From the NCBI GenBank assembly GCA_963807635.1, contig CAWEDJ010000050.1, positions 1 through 46,933 of the forward strand: a stretch of DNA of 46,933 nucleotides. The letters run 5' to 3'. The translations under genes were made by a program, and so were the position numbers. The notes under the pieces are model-generated. The model searched no databases. It was given only the letters and a program-made list of their open reading frames with translations, and was not told the DNA's origin. This DNA comes from an uncultured cyanobacterium (lineage in GTDB: Bacteria > Cyanobacteriota > Cyanobacteriia > Cyanobacteriales > Microcystaceae). This document shows, piece after piece, positions 43,180 to 46,933 of this stretch. How positions within the stretch are numbered: the stretch's first letter is position 1; the number at the start of each line of letters is the position of its first letter.

Positions 43180-45960
43180 CTGAAGCCGCCTGTCGTAGAT
43201 CAGGTTAAACAAAACTATTATGGTTTACCCCGAAGTGGAGTAATCCGTTTTGTTGGAAAACTTGAGGTTTTAGATGAATTAGATCAACAGTTAACAACTT
43301 CTGAACGCGTTGCTATTTCAACCTTAACGGGAATGGGAGGTATTGGTAAAACAGAACTCGCACTTCAATACGCGCTTAAGGATATTAAAAAAACGCCAGA
43401 GGATAGACGATATCAAGGGGGTATTTGCTGGTTAAACGCCCAAGGGAATATTGGAACTCAACTTTTAATGTTTATTAAAGAGTGTCTTCAGATCAACATC
43501 ACCGATGAGGGAACTTTAGAAGAGCGGATTGCTATTGCTTGGCAAAGATGGCCAAGAAAAGAATCATTGATTATTTTTGATGATGTCCAAGAACTAACAA
43601 AAATTGAACCTTTTTTGCCACCAAATCATGAAAATCACATTAAAGTGATTATTACAACAAGAAAACAGAAAATTGCTAAGAATTTTTCTCCTTTACCTGT
43701 TGAATTATTAAGTTTAGTTGATTCTCTAGAATTATTAATTTCCTTTGTTGGTAAAAATGAAGTTAATCAGGATGAAATTACGGCGAAAGCATTATGTGAA
43801 TGGTTAGGCCGTTTGCCATTGGGAATTGAATTAGTTGGAAGATATATCAGGGAAACCGAAGAAGAGTTAATCACTGTATTTGATAATTTAAAAGCTTTGA
43901 AATTAGCTGATGAAAGTTTAGATTATCCGACTGATGAAGTTATGACTGCTAAACGAGGAGTAGCGGCTGCTTTTGAATTGAGTTGGAAACAATTAAGTGA
44001 ATCGGCTCAAATTTTAGCAATGTCTTTAAGTTTATTTGCCATTGCTCAAATTCCTTCTGAACTATTGTTGTCAGATGAGAAAAATTTGAACCAAATTAAG
44101 AAAGATTTACGAGATTTAAAAAATTTGAGCTTAATTAAAGATATTGGTAATAAAAACTACGAACTTCATCCCTTAATTTGGCAATATTTTAGAGCAGAAT
44201 TAGATCAGTATAAATTATCAGAAGATTTAAAACGTCAGCATTGCAAATTAATTGCTTCTATTACTCGAAAAATACCTGCCAATCCTACTAAAATAGACAT
44301 TAAAGATTTAAGTTCTCTCGCTCCTCACTTGGAATTAATAGTTGAAGAACTTAATATATGGTTACAGGATAATGATTTGATTTTTCCTTATGTTGTGTTA
44401 GGAAGATTTTACGAATCACAAGGTTTTTATGAGCGTGCAGAACCTTATTTTGAAAATTGTCTTGAAATTTCTAAAAATCGCTTTGGTGAAAAATCACATT
44501 ATGTACTATTAAGTTTTAATAATCTTGCAACTTTATATCTCTCTCAAGGAAAGTACAAAGAAGCTGAAGTTATTTTTACAAGAGACTTAGCTTTAAAAAA
44601 TATTGAGGGAATGGAAGAAAACTTTATAAGTATAGTTTTTAACAATATTTCCCGACTATATACAAAACAAGGAAGATATGAAGAGGCAAAAGTTTTTTTA
44701 ATTAAGGCTTTAGAACTTACAAAAGAAAACTTAGGAGAAGAGACTCCTAATCGTGTTATCCGATTAAACAATCTTGCTGAAATTTATCGCTGTCAGGGTA
44801 AATATACGGAAGCTTTTTCTATTGCATCCAAAGCACTTACTTTATGTAAAAATTTATTAAATAATAAACATCCTTTTATTCCTGTTATCTTGAATAATCT
44901 TGCCAATACTTATCTCAGTCAAGGCAAATATAAAGAAGCAGAAGATTATTATTTGCAATCTTGTGAATTAGATAAAGAATTGTATGGCGAAGATAGTCTT
45001 GATATAACTATTGATTTCAATAATCTTGCCAATTTATATAAAATTCAGAAAAAATATGAAGAAGCAGAAAAATATTATCTTCAATCGCTGAACACATCTA
45101 GGAAGATTTTAGGAGAAGAACATCCTGATATAGCAGTCACTCTAAATAATTTAGGTTTACTGTATAAAAATCAAGGAAAATATGAAGAAGCAGAAAAATA
45201 TTATCTTCAATCGCTGAACACATCTAAGATAATTTATGGTGAAGAGCATCCTGACATAGCAATTGGTTTTGAGAATCTTGCTTCGCTTTATGAGACTCAG
45301 GGCAAAATCGGGGAAGCTAAAACCCTTTTTCTTAAAGCGTTAGAAATGAAAAAGAAACTTCTAGGAATCAAGCATCCTAGTGTAGCAACTAGCCTGAGTA
45401 ATCTCGCTGTTTTACATGACAATCAAAGAAAATATGACACGGCAGAGTTATATTACCATCAGGCATTAGAGATAATGCAAAATCTTTTTAATTTAGGTCA
45501 TCCTGACATAGCAAGAATCTTAGATAATTTAGCATTATTATATGGTAAACAAGGGCAATATACAAAAGCGGAGCCACTTCATCGCCAAGCATTAGAAATG
45601 AGCAAAAAGTTGCTTGGTGATAACTCTCCTGATGTAGCACTTAGCTTAAATAATTTTGCAACTTTATACCATTTTCAAAAAAAATATTCCCTTGCAATTC
45701 CTTATTATGAGAAAGCAATTGGGATTTTTCGACAAGTGTTAGCAACCGACCACCATGACATCCAAAAGGTTATTAATAATTATTTAACAATGCTCCAAGA
45801 AGCTCCAGAGAAAGAAATTTTACCGTTGGTTTCTCCAGAATGGAAAGTAAAACTTTCAAATATAAAAGCATCTTTTAAAACAAATAAAGCTCTTCCAAAA
45901 AAACGTAAATTAAAAACCAAAAAGAAAATTACAAAGAGAAGTAAAGGATTTGGAACTTAA
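43180..45960 (+). CDS. NLR-like STAND protein (NB-ARC ATPase plus 42-aa TPR repeats); the reading frame is open from 43180, not 43333
   Basis: The upstream in-frame segment encodes LPRSG..FVG...L..L and ISTLTG-MGGIGKT (Walker A). Walker B LIIFDDV, IITTR, LGRLPLGIELVG, LHPL and about 11 TPRs (HP..A..LNNL..LY..QGKY.EA) follow. Confidence 0.92.
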   Translation: MKPPVVDQVKQNYYGLPRSGVIRFVGKLEVLDELDQQLTTSERVAISTLTGMGGIGKTELALQYALKDIKKTPEDRRYQGGICWLNAQGNIGTQLLMFIKECLQINITDEGTLEERIAIAWQRWPRKESLIIFDDVQELTKIEPFLPPNHENHIKVIITTRKQKIAKNFSPLPVELLSLVDSLELLISFVGKNEVNQDEITAKALCEWLGRLPLGIELVGRYIRETEEELITVFDNLKALKLADESLDYPTDEVMTAKRGVAAAFELSWKQLSESAQILAMSLSLFAIAQIPSELLLSDEKNLNQIKKDLRDLKNLSLIKDIGNKNYELHPLIWQYFRAELDQYKLSEDLKRQHCKLIASITRKIPANPTKIDIKDLSSLAPHLELIVEELNIWLQDNDLIFPYVVLGRFYESQGFYERAEPYFENCLEISKNRFGEKSHYVLLSFNNLATLYLSQGKYKEAEVIFTRDLALKNIEGMEENFISIVFNNISRLYTKQGRYEEAKVFLIKALELTKENLGEETPNRVIRLNNLAEIYRCQGKYTEAFSIASKALTLCKNLLNNKHPFIPVILNNLANTYLSQGKYKEAEDYYLQSCELDKELYGEDSLDITIDFNNLANLYKIQKKYEEAEKYYLQSLNTSRKILGEEHPDIAVTLNNLGLLYKNQGKYEEAEKYYLQSLNTSKIIYGEEHPDIAIGFENLASLYETQGKIGEAKTLFLKALEMKKKLLGIKHPSVATSLSNLAVLHDNQRKYDTAELYYHQALEIMQNLFNLGHPDIARILDNLALLYGKQGQYTKAEPLHRQALEMSKKLLGDNSPDVALSLNNFATLYHFQKKYSLAIPYYEKAIGIFRQVLATDHHDIQKVINNYLTMLQEAPEKEILPLVSPEWKVKLSNIKASFKTNKALPKKRKLKTKKKITKRSKGFGT

Positions 45961-46084
45961 ATGAATATTTTTTTAAACTACGTCAGGTGAACTTAAAGCC
46001 ATTGAAACCGATGAAACTACCGTTACTGATTGGATCAACCAACAACTCTAAACCTTAAATATTCAAGTTTAAAAGGAAAAAATT

Positions 46085-46216
46085 ATGCAAACAGTCACCA
46101 AAGACACCAAAGAAACCCTTAAACAAGAACTAGATCGTCTTAATGATGAACAGTTAAAACAAATTTTAGATTTTATTGCCTTTATTAAATTTCAATCAAA
46201 ATTAAAACCAACTTAG
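46085..46216 (+). CDS. small DUF2281-like protein (43 aa)
   Basis: Manual translation MQTVTKDTKETLKQELDRLNDEQLKQILDFIAFIKFQSKLKPT, with AAGGA upstream. Confidence 0.6.
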   Translation: MQTVTKDTKETLKQELDRLNDEQLKQILDFIAFIKFQSKLKPT

Positions 46217-46234
46217 GAAAATAAGTCCCATAAA

Positions 46235-46567
46235 ATGAAACTTACTAACGGTGATCAAGCCCTTTTAGGAGACAAACTTGAACGCTATTGCCTTAATCCT
46301 GAACATTCAAAAGGAAAACATAAAGCCCGTCTTTTTGAAAAACGATTAGGAATCACCCTAACCAACAAAGATATTCTAGAAAATGCCCTAAAAAAAGCCG
46401 CAATAGAAGGAGAAGCTCAATTTTATAAAGTCGATCAATATGGCACTCATTTTGATCTCGTATTTACACTGCAAACCGAATGTGGAAAATCTCAGATTTT
46501 AAGCTGTTGGATTATCAGAAATACCGAAAAATTTCCCCGTCTTACCAATACTTACCCAGTTGATTAA
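46235..46567 (+). CDS. DUF6883-like protein (predicted toxin/nuclease)
   Basis: KLERYCLNPEHSKGKHKARLF..LG, YGT.F, SCWI and PRLTN.YP pattern. Confidence 0.75.
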   Translation: MKLTNGDQALLGDKLERYCLNPEHSKGKHKARLFEKRLGITLTNKDILENALKKAAIEGEAQFYKVDQYGTHFDLVFTLQTECGKSQILSCWIIRNTEKFPRLTNTYPVD

Positions 46568-46573
46568 CTAACT

Positions 46574-46816
46574 ATGAATACTATTAAAGAATACGATTTA
46601 GTTGCCCTAACCGAAGATGTAATGGCCACCCATAAAACAACTCATCAGCCAATTTTATTGCGTCGTGGACAAATGGGAACCGTTTTAATGTCCTTCGATC
46701 ACCAAGCCTTTTTGATTGATTTTACCGATCAACAAGGTAACACTTTTGCAATGGAAACCATTGAATCTGTTAAACTTTTACGCCTAATTACTGAACCTGA
46801 ATTAGTTTGTGCCTAA
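46574..46816 (+). CDS. DUF4926 family protein
   Basis: EYDLVALTED...LRRGQMGTV...F.D..G.T.AM; begins 6 bp after the DUF6883-like gene. Confidence 0.8.
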   Translation: MNTIKEYDLVALTEDVMATHKTTHQPILLRRGQMGTVLMSFDHQAFLIDFTDQQGNTFAMETIESVKLLRLITEPELVCA

Positions 46817-46933
46817 AAGCTATGGATTTTGAAAAACTTAACTACACAATTTCTACAAATACTAACCTTAAAATCTTCCTAAAAACCGCGATCGCAACTT
46901 AAAATTCCAAAATAGCAATGAACAAAATTAACT

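Larger units (their letters stand above)
1460..46895. repeat. dispersed HIP1 octamers (GCGATCGC)
   Basis: Many copies across core genes, e.g. 1460, 1718 and overlapping pairs at 10293-10306 and 26730-26743. None seen inside 4716-6224 or 42730-45960. Confidence 0.9.

Noticed and set aside
43177..43220. Selenocysteine insertion at the in-frame UGA
   Set aside because: The position is a linker rather than a redox site, the hairpin is weak, and no sel genes are visible. Plain readthrough or CTG re-initiation is more plausible.

Overview
Cyanobacterial chromosomal segment. HIP1 GCGATCGC octamers are dense, gun4 and menG are present, and tRNA-Ala(UGC) stands alone, which fits a Synechocystis/Microcystis-like unicellular lineage. 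The core genes are carB, infC, a 7TM-HD phosphodiesterase, a HEAT-repeat protein, an FAD oxidoreductase, a TamB-like protein, trhO, an HtrA protease, gun4, menG and htpG. Many are split by 1-2 bp indels, mostly next to GGCC/CCWGG/GGWCC/CGATCG motifs or in homopolymers, which points to long-read consensus errors rather than pseudogenes. There are three accessory patches. (i) 3.5-7.3 kb: toxin-antitoxin genes and remnants plus a nucleotidyltransferase-restriction-nuclease fusion, with a 184-bp second copy of the carB 3' end. (ii) 35-39.7 kb: an SNF2 helicase, an orphan pheA fragment, an exported TPR protein and a REPIN-like element. (iii) 42-46.9 kb: an NLR-like locus. The best candidate for a new system is in (iii). 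A 149-aa helical protein with a Q/N/G-rich amyloid-like tail is exactly in frame with an NB-ARC/TPR receptor that has no canonical start codon of its own. A single UGA-C inside a (CTGA)x3 repeat separates them, suggesting one ORF makes both effector and receptor by stop-codon readthrough. All calls are by eye; no database searches were run.
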